Assembly (NCBI GenBank): GCA_016188825.1
Contig: JACPHA010000011.1
Coordinates: 80,317 to 144,316, forward strand
Direction: 5' to 3'
Origin: Candidatus Pacearchaeota archaeon
GTDB lineage: Archaea > Nanobdellota > Nanobdellia > Pacearchaeales > GW2011-AR1
DNA length: 64,000 nucleotides
The position numbers and the translations under genes were made by a program. Below are positions 49,925 to 59,426 of the stretch, one piece after another. Each line of letters opens with the position of its first letter. The stretch's first letter is position 1. Below the pieces are notes generated by a model. The model had not been told where the DNA came from. It made no database searches and saw only the letters and a list, made by a program, of their open reading frames with translations.

Positions 49925-51326
49925 AATTTCGCACCTCTATTCCATTAACGGCCTTTTCAGCTAAAAGCGTGGCCATTCTTTCTCTCATTTTAGACAATTC
50001 TTCATTCTGCCTTTCTACGAGTTTCATCAAGCTTTCGTTAACAGAAGGCTCCTCATTGAGCATATCTTTAGAGATTCTACCATCAAGACCAAGGAATTTA
50101 GTATAATAATCAATTCGTTTGAAGGTCTTCCAACCACCTCTGACCCTTAAGGTATCTAAATTGATTCTCTTGCTTCTTAGATAACAACAACCAGAGTGTC
50201 TGAAGCTATAGCCGGTAATATCAGAAAAGGCCTTGCCTCCTTGAGTTACCTTATTTCCAAATACTTTTATGAATGCTTTTTGTAGATGTTTATTGAATGT
50301 TTTTGGGAAGTAGTGAGGAAATAATCGATCTTCTGGATAAAGTCTATTTTTTCGGATATGCTCTTTGATAATATCCCCGCATAGAATCAAGTTAAACTTT
50401 CTTTCATAGGTTTTAGATATCTCTTTTCTAACATTTACCCAAACCTCATCGTTTTCGAAGGTTAGATCATTGACATAAATATTAGCGATTTCATTTGGAC
50501 TACGAACAATAGAGTCGAAAAGAAATAGGGCAAGAGCTCGGTCACCCTCATCTAATTCAGGAATAACCATTTTTAGCTCTTCATAAGTAAAATAGGTAAA
50601 GTTGTTAGTGTCCATAAAATCGCCTCTAGAAAGATATTTTACGAGATCCGGAACAAATGTCTTTTCTTGTTTTTCTTTACTATCTTCATTCTGTCTATCA
50701 ATTCGTTCGTTTTCTTCATCAATAACCCTCATATACCAGTTCCAAAAAGAAATGAAGTCTTTAACAAAGTCTGGTGTGCTTTTGTAAACCTCGCCGTTTT
50801 CTTTAGCAATAGTGCCATTGCTCATTTCTTCAAAAAACTCATGAACTTCTTCCCTTGTCAAACAACTCTTGGGGCGGCCTTTAGTCATGATCAGATTCTT
50901 GTTAAAACGTTCCTCAAAGAACTTCGCCAGCTTAACCATATGAAAGGCCAAACCACCAAGTCTTCTGGGGCTCCTTTTGCCTTTTTTTGATCGTTTGCCC
51001 GTATTAAGGCCTCTTTCCATGTCGCTCAAGTAGCTAAGAATAATGTCTGAATTGATCTTGCTTATTCCTTCAATACCCTGTTTATGCTTTTCTTTCCAGC
51101 TAGTCCAAGCTTGTATTTTCTTAGAAAGATCCACCACCTCGTTTTTGTTAGAACCTGCTGATTCCATTTTAAAGCTTTTAAAGATCAGGCCCGTGTTTAG
51201 AGGAGTTTCTATAAGCGAGCTATGAACCTTTAGGGTATCAGTATTTTCAACTTCAGATATTCTTGGGTTCATTTGTTGCCAAAGCTGGGCGTTTTTTTCA
51301 ACATTCGTAACGGCGGGTGATTTCAT
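49917..51326 (-). CDS. int: Tyrosine recombinase/integrase (intact, pNOB8-type arrangement)
   Basis: 469 aa; C-terminal catalytic region with R..HxxR (GYSFRHSGCCYLR) and ..RVRGGWKTFKRIDYY (Tyr). Confidence 0.7.
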   Translation of the reverse strand: MKSPAVTNVEKNAQLWQQMNPRISEVENTDTLKVHSSLIETPLNTGLIFKSFKMESAGSNKNEVVDLSKKIQAWTSWKEKHKQGIEGISKINSDIILSYLSDMERGLNTGKRSKKGKRSPRRLGGLAFHMVKLAKFFEERFNKNLIMTKGRPKSCLTREEVHEFFEEMSNGTIAKENGEVYKSTPDFVKDFISFWNWYMRVIDEENERIDRQNEDSKEKQEKTFVPDLVKYLSRGDFMDTNNFTYFTYEELKMVIPELDEGDRALALFLFDSIVRSPNEIANIYVNDLTFENDEVWVNVRKEISKTYERKFNLILCGDIIKEHIRKNRLYPEDRLFPHYFPKTFNKHLQKAFIKVFGNKVTQGGKAFSDITGYSFRHSGCCYLRSKRINLDTLRVRGGWKTFKRIDYYTKFLGLDGRISKDMLNEEPSVNESLMKLVERQNEELSKMRERMATLLAEKAVNGIEVRNYA

Positions 51327-51506
51327 TTGTTTTTCCTTGTTTTATTAATCTATACTTTAGTAGTTTAATATATTTGTAGTTCAATAGATGGTCTATTTAA
51401 ATACTTCTATTCTCCAGTTCTATTAAGTTGTATATCTATTAATATGCGAAAGTTTTAAATAATAGAACCAATTAAATTGTTAATGGTCGGTAAAAGGGAA
51501 GGAAAA

Positions 51507-51632
51507 ATGAAGACGGTAACTATAAAACCAAGTGTTTGGAAGGAATTGTATCATATCAAGGGAAATGAAGGTTACCAGAGTATGTCCGATGTTATTGAAG
51601 ACTTGTTAAAAAAGAGGAAAGGAACCAAATGA
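51507..51632 (+). CDS. 41-aa ribbon-helix-helix-like micro-ORF adjacent to attR
   Basis: MKTVTIKPSVWKELYHIK..SMSDVIEDLL; RHH-like; not in ORF track. Confidence 0.25.
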   Translation: MKTVTIKPSVWKELYHIKGNEGYQSMSDVIEDLLKKRKGTK

Positions 51633-51779
51633 TCAAAAATATAATGCTCCTAAAAACGGAGGAAAGACTAACAAAATAAGAATGCGGAGTTGACCATTAT
51701 GGCCCAAGTGCTCCTCCCTTCAAGGGCGGGGAAAACATGGGTAAGTTCCCTTCAAGGAGAGGGAATAGGGTATGTGGCT

Positions 51780-51825
51780 CCGCCCTTTCGCGGCCGTAGC
51801 CCGGGTTCGAATCCCGGCAGGGGCA
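51780..51825 (+). other. attR: element-derived arm plus 3' half of host tRNA-Glu(UUC)
   Basis: ccgcc-ctttcgc-ggccg-tagc-ccggg-ttcgaat-cccgg-caggggc-a; 3' acceptor caggggc pairs with gcccctg at 45787. Confidence 0.7.
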
Positions 51826-51884
51826 TTTCTTCAAAACGAAAATACGTCCACATAGAAAGATTTATAAATATTGTGCCCCCCATA

Positions 51885-52349
51885 ATGTTTATGACATATA
51901 CTGAAATTAAAGAAAAAAATAGTGGAAAATATTATTACAGAGTTAAGAGCATTAGGAACGGAAAAAAATTTAGAAAAAAAAGAATTTACCTTGGAAAAAA
52001 TATATCAAAAGAAGACTTGATTCTGAAGGAAAAAGAGTCAGATGATAAATTAAAAACAGTAAAAAAATTGAGAATTTTAGAGAAAATAAAACCGAAAATT
52101 ATGGAAATTCTAAAGAAAAATAAAATAAAAAAAGCAGGAATTTTTGGAAGTTATGTAAGAGGAGAAGAAAATAGAAACAGCGACATTGATATTTTAATTC
52201 AGCCGACAAAAAATATGGGTTTTAAATTTTCTGGTTTAGAAATTGAATTATCAAAAAAATTAAAGAAAAAAGTAGATTTAGTGAGTTATAATGGTTTAAG
52301 TCCGCATTTGAAAAATAAAATTTTAAGTCAAGAGGTAAGGATAATATGA
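51885..52349 (+). CDS. Minimal nucleotidyltransferase (MntA-like)
   Basis: GIFGSYVRGEENRNSDIDIL motif; true start placed at M after tRNA remnant (track ORF 51690 N-terminus is read-through of attR). Confidence 0.6.
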   Translation: MFMTYTEIKEKNSGKYYYRVKSIRNGKKFRKKRIYLGKNISKEDLILKEKESDDKLKTVKKLRILEKIKPKIMEILKKNKIKKAGIFGSYVRGEENRNSDIDILIQPTKNMGFKFSGLEIELSKKLKKKVDLVSYNGLSPHLKNKILSQEVRII

Positions 52350-52696
52350 GTGATAAAAATGATCTGGCGTTTATCGAACATATTTTGGAAAGCATTAATG
52401 CAATAAAAGATTTTTCTAAAAAAATGAATAAACAGAAGTTAATTTCAAACAGATTAAAACAAAGCGCGATTATCAGAGAAATCGAGATTATAGGAGAAGC
52501 AGTCAAGAATATTTCTGATAGCCTTAAAAATGAACATCGAGAAATAGAATGGAAAGAAATTGCAGGCACAAGAGACAAAATGATTCATCATTATTTTGGT
52601 ATCGATTTGGATATTGTTTGGAACATAATAAAGAAAGATATTCCCATGTTAGAAAAGAAAATCAAGAAAATAAAGAAAGAATTAAAGAAAGGATAA
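52346..52696 (+). CDS. HEPN-domain protein (HepT/DUF86)
   Basis: 116 aa; R-x4-HH motif (RDKMIHHY); 4-bp overlap with MNT. Confidence 0.6.
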   Translation: MSDKNDLAFIEHILESINAIKDFSKKMNKQKLISNRLKQSAIIREIEIIGEAVKNISDSLKNEHREIEWKEIAGTRDKMIHHYFGIDLDIVWNIIKKDIPMLEKKIKKIKKELKKG

Positions 52697-52735
52697 AAAC
52701 AAAATATTTTTAATCTGCCTTGAGCTTTAATAATC

Positions 52736-52945
52736 ATGATGGGAAACTGGATTATTTTCATTGCAATGGCTTTTTTGATAGGAGTCGGGATTTATGCTAT
52801 ACAGTGGAATGATTTTTTGGCTGCCGGACTTTTGATTTCTGCTCTTTTGCTCATCTCTTTGACTTTTTATTTCAAGAAGAAAATAAGAGAAAATAGAATA
52901 AAGGATTCATTGCCGGAGACAAGATATTCCTACAGCGCGAAATGA
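52736..52945 (+). CDS. Small two-TM membrane protein
   Basis: 69 aa. Confidence 0.35.
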   Translation: MMGNWIIFIAMAFLIGVGIYAIQWNDFLAAGLLISALLLISLTFYFKKKIRENRIKDSLPETRYSYSAK

Positions 52946-52946
52946 T

Positions 52947-53525
52947 TTAATAATTTTTTCTTATTTTTCTCCCGTAAAATTTTCTCAATATAAATCCGAA
53001 AAAGAAACCGAAGAACATTCCTGATAGATGGGCTATGTTTCCTGTGCTGTCTATCGGGTTGCCGGCCAAATAGCCATAAGTTCCTAGAATGTCTCCGATT
53101 GCCCATAAAATCCCCGCGATAAAAATCGGCATGGGCATGCCGAAAGCCCAGATGACCATTAAAGGACGGACAATTATTAAAGTGCCGATAATACCGAAGA
53201 TTGCGCCGCTTGCTCCGAGAGAAGAATCATAAAAAAGAACAGAAATTAGATTTGCTAAAATTCCTGTTGAGAGAAAAATCATGAGGGTTTTTTCTGAGCT
53301 AATTAATCTTTCGAGGATGCTTCCGAATAGTGCGAGTGCAAACAGGTTTAAAATTAAATGTGCCCCGCTACCGTGAAGGAAAATTGATGTGAGAAATCTC
53401 CAAGGCTGTTCGAAAGAAAGTTTGTTTAAAATAAATAGGCCTGTGAATGCAGGGAAAATAATTTGAAGAATAAATACTATTATTATCAATAAACACAGTT
53501 TGAGCGAGTAATATTTGAATTTCAT
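52947..53525 (-). CDS. Rhomboid-family intramembrane serine protease
   Basis: 192 aa; multi-TM, GASGAIFG (GxSG) and downstream His (AHLSG). Confidence 0.65.
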   Translation of the reverse strand: MKFKYYSLKLCLLIIIVFILQIIFPAFTGLFILNKLSFEQPWRFLTSIFLHGSGAHLILNLFALALFGSILERLISSEKTLMIFLSTGILANLISVLFYDSSLGASGAIFGIIGTLIIVRPLMVIWAFGMPMPIFIAGILWAIGDILGTYGYLAGNPIDSTGNIAHLSGMFFGFFFGFILRKFYGRKIRKNY

Positions 53526-53761
53526 TTTTTATTTAGGGAAATTGAGAATAAAAAGTTAACTGAAATTTTAAAACCATTGCAGAAAACTTTAAAAAGCAGT
53601 TTGATTGCTTATAAAAATGGAAACAAAAATGTTTAGGGGGTTTCCCCACGAGCCGGAATGAAAATTCTAGTCGTAACTTTGTTTCTTTAAATAATAATTA
53701 TTTTCTTTACAATCTTTCTTTAGATAATGTTTTTATAGAGTCAATGCTAAAAAATAAATAT

Positions 53762-53833
53762 GGCGGTTGTAGTTTAATGGCAGAACGTCAGACTGTGGCT
53801 CTGAAGACGAGGGTCCGATTCCCTCCTACCGCT
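53762..53833 (+). tRNA. tRNA-His(GUG) with genome-encoded G-1
   Basis: g-gcggttg-ta-gttt-aatggca-gaac-g-tcaga-ctGTGgc-tctga-agac-gaggg-tccgatt-ccctc-ctaccgc-t; immediately upstream of hisS. Confidence 0.55.
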
Positions 53834-53856
53834 TTCAGCAAAATCGGAGAAGAAAC

Positions 53857-54042
53857 ATGACAAAAAAAATAAAGTTTAAGTATAAAGCGATAGATATTCC
53901 TGAAGATTATTGTTGGGTAGTTGGCTTAAGCTTAATTATTGCTGGAATAGTTTCACTAATTAACAACTCTGTAGCTCTTTTTGTCACAGGAATTATAATA
54001 GCTGCTGTTGGTGTTTTTCTTAAAGGGAGGATTAGAAAATGA
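53857..54042 (+). CDS. Small membrane protein
   Basis: 61 aa; 4-bp overlap with hisS start. Confidence 0.35.
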   Translation: MTKKIKFKYKAIDIPEDYCWVVGLSLIIAGIVSLINNSVALFVTGIIIAAVGVFLKGRIRK

Positions 54043-55265
54043 TATTTGAACCGGAAACGGTTAAGGGTTTCAGGGATTTTTTGCCGCCGGAATCTTTGAA
54101 GAGAGATGCGGTGAAAAAGATAGTTGAAAAATGGTTTAGACTTTATGGATTCATGCCAGTTGATACTGCGATGGTAGAATTTGACGAGTTGATGAAGCCA
54201 GATAACTTGCCCAACGAAGAAGAAGATGAGGCCATTTCTGACAGATTTAGGCTGCAGGACAAGGGAGGAAGAAAGCTTGGTTTGAGATACGAATTTACTT
54301 TTCAATTGGCGAGAATTTTTAGAGAAAATCCCAATATAAAATTGCCTTTTAAGAGATATCAGATAGGAGAGGTTTTTAGGGATGAGCCTGTTTCAGCGAG
54401 GAGATTCAGACAGTTTACGCAATGCGACGCAGATATTATCGGGGATCAGACAATAAATGCTGATGCAGAATGTCTGGCTTTGTTTTCTGATATTTTGAAA
54501 GAGCTGAAAGTTAATTTTGAAATTCAAATTAATAACAGAAAATTGCTTAATTCTATAATTGAGAGTGTGGAAATAAGACAGATAAAAAATGTGATGAAAG
54601 AGGTTGACAAGATTGATAAAATAGGAGTTGATGAAGTGAAAAACAATTTAAAAAAATATGCGGACACGAATCAGATTATAACTTTGTTAAAACTGCTTGA
54701 GAAGGATATTAAGTTTTTCAAGGAAAATGCTTTTTCTGGGATTGATGAATTGGAAGAGCTGATTGAGGACTGCAAATTATACGGCATAAGCTTGAAATTC
54801 AATCCGCTTTTGACACGCGGTTTTGGATATTATACTGGAAATATTTTTGAGATAGTTGAAAAAGGAAAAAAAGATTCGATTGCGGGAGGGGGGAGATATG
54901 ACAGGACAGTCGGGAAATACGCAGGAAAAGAAATTCCTGCAGTGGGCATTTCTTTTGGGTTGGAGAGACTGACAGAGAGCGCAAATGTGAAAATTGAGAA
55001 TTTGCCCCAAGCTCTATTGATTTCAATAAACCAAGATGTAATTTCTGCTGATTTGGCGAAAAAATTAAGGAAAGCAGGAGTTTCATGCTCTATAGAGTTC
55101 GGAAAGCCGAGCAAGGGACTTGATTATGCAAATTCATTAAAGATTCCTTTTGTTGTTTTTATCGGTGAGGAAGAGGTTGGGAATAAGAAATTTAAATTGA
55201 GAAACATGGAAACTGGAAAGGAAGAGCTTTTGAGCGAGAAACAATTGATAAGAGTTTTATCTTGA
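54039..55265 (+). CDS. hisS: Histidyl-tRNA synthetase
   Basis: 408 aa; class II motifs incl. RRFRQFTQCDADIIG. Confidence 0.8.
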   Translation: MIFEPETVKGFRDFLPPESLKRDAVKKIVEKWFRLYGFMPVDTAMVEFDELMKPDNLPNEEEDEAISDRFRLQDKGGRKLGLRYEFTFQLARIFRENPNIKLPFKRYQIGEVFRDEPVSARRFRQFTQCDADIIGDQTINADAECLALFSDILKELKVNFEIQINNRKLLNSIIESVEIRQIKNVMKEVDKIDKIGVDEVKNNLKKYADTNQIITLLKLLEKDIKFFKENAFSGIDELEELIEDCKLYGISLKFNPLLTRGFGYYTGNIFEIVEKGKKDSIAGGGRYDRTVGKYAGKEIPAVGISFGLERLTESANVKIENLPQALLISINQDVISADLAKKLRKAGVSCSIEFGKPSKGLDYANSLKIPFVVFIGEEEVGNKKFKLRNMETGKEELLSEKQLIRVLS

Positions 55266-55667
55266 TCTTGATAGATAGTTTTCTATTCTAGTGAATGTTT
55301 CATCTTCAGTGACGATTTTGAATAAGTCTGTTAGACCTTTTATGTCTTTAGTTTCAGAAACTAATCTATCAGACTCTTCTAAAAACCCATCTTCACTTTT
55401 AATTTCTTCGGCGTTTAGCACCACGGCTATTTTTCCTTCTTTGTTTCTTGCAAAACCAAAACCCTTTCCATTTGAATTTGCTACTTTTTCTTTTAGAAGA
55501 TATAAATCAGGCATACCAAATCTTTGAAAAATTCTTTCAGATCGAGAATCTGGATTTAAAAGTTCTGCCGCTGAAGACATTACCCGATAAGCATTTCTAG
55601 TTGCTTTTTCATATTCAGTTATATCTTCACCGATGCTGTTTAATGCTCTATTAGCATTTGGATTCAT
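55257..55667 (-). CDS. Hypothetical protein
   Basis: 136 aa. Confidence 0.3.
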   Translation of the reverse strand: MNPNANRALNSIGEDITEYEKATRNAYRVMSSAAELLNPDSRSERIFQRFGMPDLYLLKEKVANSNGKGFGFARNKEGKIAVVLNAEEIKSEDGFLEESDRLVSETKDIKGLTDLFKIVTEDETFTRIENYLSRSR

Positions 55668-55741
55668 TTTATTTTTTATTATCTCAATAATATCAAGAAT
55701 TAAAAATTTTTAAATATATATGTGATAAATAAGACTTGTTT

Positions 55742-56653
55742 TTACCTTCCTTTTAGGTTTTTACCTGTTTCTTTCAGTTCTTCGATTTTTTCCATTTCTG
55801 CTTCCTGTGCTATAGTTTCTTCGACTTCTTTTCTCATTTTTTCTAGTTCTTTTGCATATTTTTTATTATGGTGCTGTTTTAGCCAAATCCATATTTCATC
55901 AAGATGATTTTCCTGTTCCAGAAGAACTTTGTGCTGATAGTCGAGGTGGAGTAAAGGCACAAAGGTTGAAACTTTTTCTCTTCCGTTATGCTTGAGAAAT
56001 TCTGAAAACGCAACTCTTTCTTCTTTGCTCGAGAATATTTTTTTCAGCTTTGAGTAAATTTTTTCTATTAAATCTCTGATATTTATTCTTCTTTTTGGCA
56101 GAGCAAGGGCAACTTCCATTTCGCGCTGTTTCAGAACAATAGATCTTCTGATTCTTCTGTTTTCGGTCTTGATTGCTTTGCCCAGTGCTCTCATTAATTC
56201 CTGCAATGTGACTTTTCTAAATCTAGGGAGAGGAGTTTTTTGAACAAGCTCTGGAATTTCTTCATCGAGCTCAATTCTTTCTTGAATGTATTTTTTCTCT
56301 TCTTCTTTCTTGCCGAATAAAATACTATCTAGACTTGGAATGTAGCGATCGAGTAAGATTTCTGATTTTATTCTTAAAAGCAAGGAAGCGGCGAATAGAA
56401 CTTTGCTAGAGACGAAAAGATTTGCTTCTTCCAGTTCTCTGATTCTTTCAAGGTATTTGTTCGTCAATAAAACGAGGTCAATGTCCCAGGGCTCTAATTG
56501 GTTTGTGTTTATTAAATCATAAATGATTGCCTGCCAACTAAGCTGTTCTCCGAATAACAAGCCGTGAATTTGCTCCTGGCCGACTTTGGTAGTTTCAGTT
56601 TGTTGATTGCTGTTCGAGTTTTTTAAATTAATGTTTTCTTCGTCTAAATCCAT
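55742..56653 (-). CDS. scpA: Segregation and condensation protein A (kleisin ScpA-like)
   Basis: 303 aa; N-terminal ..WDIDLV..YLERIRELEEANLFVSSKVLFAASLLLRIKSEILL pattern. Confidence 0.6.
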   Translation of the reverse strand: MDLDEENINLKNSNSNQQTETTKVGQEQIHGLLFGEQLSWQAIIYDLINTNQLEPWDIDLVLLTNKYLERIRELEEANLFVSSKVLFAASLLLRIKSEILLDRYIPSLDSILFGKKEEEKKYIQERIELDEEIPELVQKTPLPRFRKVTLQELMRALGKAIKTENRRIRRSIVLKQREMEVALALPKRRINIRDLIEKIYSKLKKIFSSKEERVAFSEFLKHNGREKVSTFVPLLHLDYQHKVLLEQENHLDEIWIWLKQHHNKKYAKELEKMRKEVEETIAQEAEMEKIEELKETGKNLKGR

Positions 56654-57225
56654 GGCTTATATTGTAAAGTTTGGTTTAAATCTTTTTTTGTTATCCAAAA
56701 TTATTTCACAACGACAAAAATCATATAACGCCCTCAAACAAAGCTGTTATTTTTTCTAATTATTTTCTAACTCGTAACCATAGTTTTTAATATTCTCATG
56801 GATTTCCAATGGCAGTTTAATGAAGGTTTGTTTGGGATAGAATAGCCATATCAATAATTTAAAAGTTCGTTTAAATTTCTGTCGTCGGAAATTTTATAAT
56901 TATAATGAAATATCTTTTTGAATATAATAAAATTTTTAAATTGTGCGAACTTCAAAAGAAGAATTATGCAAGAAGTTGGTTGAGAATCACTGGAAAAGAC
57001 AACTGATATGGGTTCCCATTAAGAAGTTACAACAAACCGAAAAGTTTAAATATAGTAATATACATATATAAGTTCACCTCTTTTTGCCCGGGAGAGGACG
57101 TTTGATCCATCTGTTTCAGCTTGGGTTAAACCTCCTCTTCAAGGGTTTGTATTTGTAGGAGGTTTAATGCTATAGAGAAAAGAGATAAATAATCCTGTCT
57201 AGAATCAGGCAATGTTATTTCTTTT

Positions 57226-58014
57226 TTATTTAGAATAGGTTTTAATTAGGTCCTTTATTATCCAATCATCAATTGATATTATTGCATCTTTACAATCTCC
57301 GGCACCATAAGTAGCAAGACCTATTCTACTAGAATTATCTACAATAGGACTCATAATACTTCTGTTTTCTTCGGTATGTTCATAGCCGAAAACATGTAAT
57401 ATCTCATGAATTTCTAAATCAGGATATCCACATCTACCAACCGAAAATCCAGAAGGTCCGATATTGTGAGTTTCTGCAAAACCAGCTAATCCAATTAATT
57501 CTATTTCAGCCTTTAGAATTCTATTATTTTGAAATTCAGTTATTTGCGCATAGCCTGCGTCATAACCACAAATTTTTTCAGTTATTTCTTTAGTATAAGA
57601 GTCAGATCCCACATTTCCCATATCAATTTTTTTTTCATAACAGTCCTCAATAAAAGAGCATCTTATTTCAATATCTGGGGAATAATCAATTTTTTCGAAT
57701 TTAATAATCCCTTTCGTGGAATTTTCAATTTCATTAAATGCTTTTTGAATCATTCTACTTTCATAAGTTCCGCATTCTTTCTCGTTAATTATTTTATAAG
57801 TAATTGGGGCATGTGTCCAATGAGGAAGATTGATATTAGAAAATTCATCTTCTATATTATTTGAGAAGTCTCCGTATACATCGCTTTTGTTAATAAAGTC
57901 AGTTTGAAGTTCTTCTGTATAATCTTCTCTTTCAGATACAAAAATATGAATAACTATACTAATTGCAATTAAAACAACGATAAAAGCCATTACATTTTTC
58001 AAATCTTTGTTCAT
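57226..58014 (-). CDS. Secreted/membrane-anchored metzincin-type zinc protease
   Basis: 262 aa; N-terminal TM; HEILHVFGYEH (HExxHxxGxxH). Confidence 0.6.
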   Translation of the reverse strand: MNKDLKNVMAFIVVLIAISIVIHIFVSEREDYTEELQTDFINKSDVYGDFSNNIEDEFSNINLPHWTHAPITYKIINEKECGTYESRMIQKAFNEIENSTKGIIKFEKIDYSPDIEIRCSFIEDCYEKKIDMGNVGSDSYTKEITEKICGYDAGYAQITEFQNNRILKAEIELIGLAGFAETHNIGPSGFSVGRCGYPDLEIHEILHVFGYEHTEENRSIMSPIVDNSSRIGLATYGAGDCKDAIISIDDWIIKDLIKTYSK

Positions 58015-58061
58015 AATAATAATTTGTCTGATTATATTTTAAACTCTTCTAAATGTCCTTT

Positions 58062-58286
58062 TCACTTCTTCTCAAGAAATTCAGTATAATAACATTTGCC
58101 GCAGGAAAGCCTTGTTTTGTGGTTTGCGAGGAAAACTCCTGCACCGCATCTTGGGCAGTGTTTTAATTTTCTTTTGATAGAATCATTTTCAATTGCGTAA
58201 TGAGAATATTTTTTGCTTGTTGGCTTGTTTTTATGCGGTTTTTTGCCTTTTTTAACTCCAGTTGCTCCGCCTTTTGCTGTTGCCAT
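58062..58286 (-). CDS. rps27ae: Ribosomal protein S27ae (eS31)
   Basis: 74 aa; C4 zinc ribbon CPRCG..CGKC. Confidence 0.75.
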   Translation of the reverse strand: MATAKGGATGVKKGKKPHKNKPTSKKYSHYAIENDSIKRKLKHCPRCGAGVFLANHKTRLSCGKCYYTEFLEKK

Positions 58287-58570
58287 TATTCCTTTCCTCC
58301 CGCTTTTTTGGATTGCTTTTCTTTTTTAAATTTTGGTTCTATTCTTTCTTTGTCTACTTTTGAATCATAAATAAATGATTCAATTAAAAACTCTCTTGTT
58401 CCGAAATTATTCTTTACTGATTTTACGACAACATTTTCTTCAGGAGCTTTTAATTTTTCTACAATTGATTTTTTTGAATTTTTAAATCCCGGATTGCTGT
58501 TTGATTCTATGACAAAAGTGATTTCTTTTCTTCTCAACAAATTGTTTTTAATTTCTTTAAGCACTTTCAT
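58286..58570 (-). CDS. rps24e: Ribosomal protein S24e
   Basis: 94 aa; conserved S24e N-terminal region, operon context. Confidence 0.7.
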   Translation of the reverse strand: MKVLKEIKNNLLRRKEITFVIESNSNPGFKNSKKSIVEKLKAPEENVVVKSVKNNFGTREFLIESFIYDSKVDKERIEPKFKKEKQSKKAGGKE

Positions 58571-58752
58571 ACTTTAATAGCGTATTCGCCTTTTTCTTTT
58601 AGATTTAGATTTTTTGCAACTTCTGATTGCTCAGGATTGAAGATTACGACTTTTCCTTTGAATGAATCAGAGCTGTCTTCGGAGCCGCACTTTGGGCATT
58701 TTACTCCAGAATAAATTGTTTTGCAATTTTTGCATGCTTTTTGTTTTGACAT
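58567..58752 (-). CDS. spt4: Transcription elongation factor Spt4 (RpoE'')
   Basis: 61 aa; CKNC..CPKCGS zinc ribbon and ..GEYAIKV C terminus. Confidence 0.75.
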   Translation of the reverse strand: MSKQKACKNCKTIYSGVKCPKCGSEDSSDSFKGKVVIFNPEQSEVAKNLNLKEKGEYAIKV

Positions 58753-58755
58753 TTT

Positions 58756-59355
58756 TTATTTTTTGTCTCCCTTGCCTTTTTTATCGAATTTCCTTTTTGG
58801 TTTTTTCTTTGCTTTTTCTTTCTTTTCTTTGTTTTCCTGCAGCCATTGCAGCTTTCCTAAACCTGGCTGGCGCATTGTAAGTCCAATTTTAGGAGAGCCG
58901 GCTTTGTAGCTTATAGCGACAATTCTCACGATGCACTCGTCTCCTTTTGATAGACTCTTTCTTGAGGATTTTCCGGCAAGAGTTCCGGTTTTGCTTAATG
59001 TGACATAGTCTTCCATTGTTTGAGAAATGTGAATCATGCCTTGTGCAGGGCCAATTTGCATGAACGCACCAAATGTTGTTATTTCTGTTATTGTTGCGTA
59101 AACTAATTCATGCAGTTCCGGCTTCCAGACAAGCATCGTGAATTCTGAGTTATAGTAGGCAGCCCCATCGCCGGGAATTAGAACACCGTCGTCTATTTTT
59201 CCGACTGAAAGCACTGTTATGATATAGCCAAATTTTTTTGTTACTTTGTCTACGTAGTCTTCGTTGAGCTGTTTTTCAATTGCTTCCTTTGTAGGCAAAC
59301 CAAAGTGCCTTGGCTCAACTCTGACGTGATCTTTAACATTTAATAGGTAGAACAT
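58756..59355 (-). CDS. rpoE: DNA-directed RNA polymerase subunit E' (Rpb7 homolog)
   Basis: 199 aa; N-terminal RNP fold then S1 domain; conserved rpoE-spt4-S24e-S27ae gene order. Confidence 0.75.
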   Translation of the reverse strand: MFYLLNVKDHVRVEPRHFGLPTKEAIEKQLNEDYVDKVTKKFGYIITVLSVGKIDDGVLIPGDGAAYYNSEFTMLVWKPELHELVYATITEITTFGAFMQIGPAQGMIHISQTMEDYVTLSKTGTLAGKSSRKSLSKGDECIVRIVAISYKAGSPKIGLTMRQPGLGKLQWLQENKEKKEKAKKKPKRKFDKKGKGDKK

Positions 59356-59426
59356 TTTATTTTAATTTATAATTTGAAAAACAAAGAAAAAGATGGTTTA
59401 AAAAGTTTGCTTTCCGTTGATTTTTA

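Larger units (their letters stand above)
45826..51791 (+). mobile_element. Integrated ~6 kb element (integrative plasmid/provirus-like) inserted in anticodon loop of tRNA-Glu(UUC)
   Basis: Reciprocal hybrid core sites: attL cggcc-ctttcgc-ggcgg (45814-45830) and attR ccgcc-ctttcgc-ggccg (51780-51796); intact tyrosine integrase inside; host tRNA halves complement each other across the element. Confidence 0.7.

Noticed and set aside
45787-51825. Alternative explanation: a Nanoarchaeum-style naturally split tRNA-Glu (separate 5' and 3' half genes)
   Set aside because: Complementary flanks are only 5 bp (split tRNAs use 12-14 nt leaders), the flanks form exactly the reciprocal recombinant cores, and an integrase plus intact replacement tRNA lie between the halves
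51690-51884. N-terminal 65 codons of track ORF 51690-52349
   Set aside because: This part is translation of the attR/tRNA-Glu 3' half and arm-site motifs; real MNT gene starts at the internal Met (about 51885)
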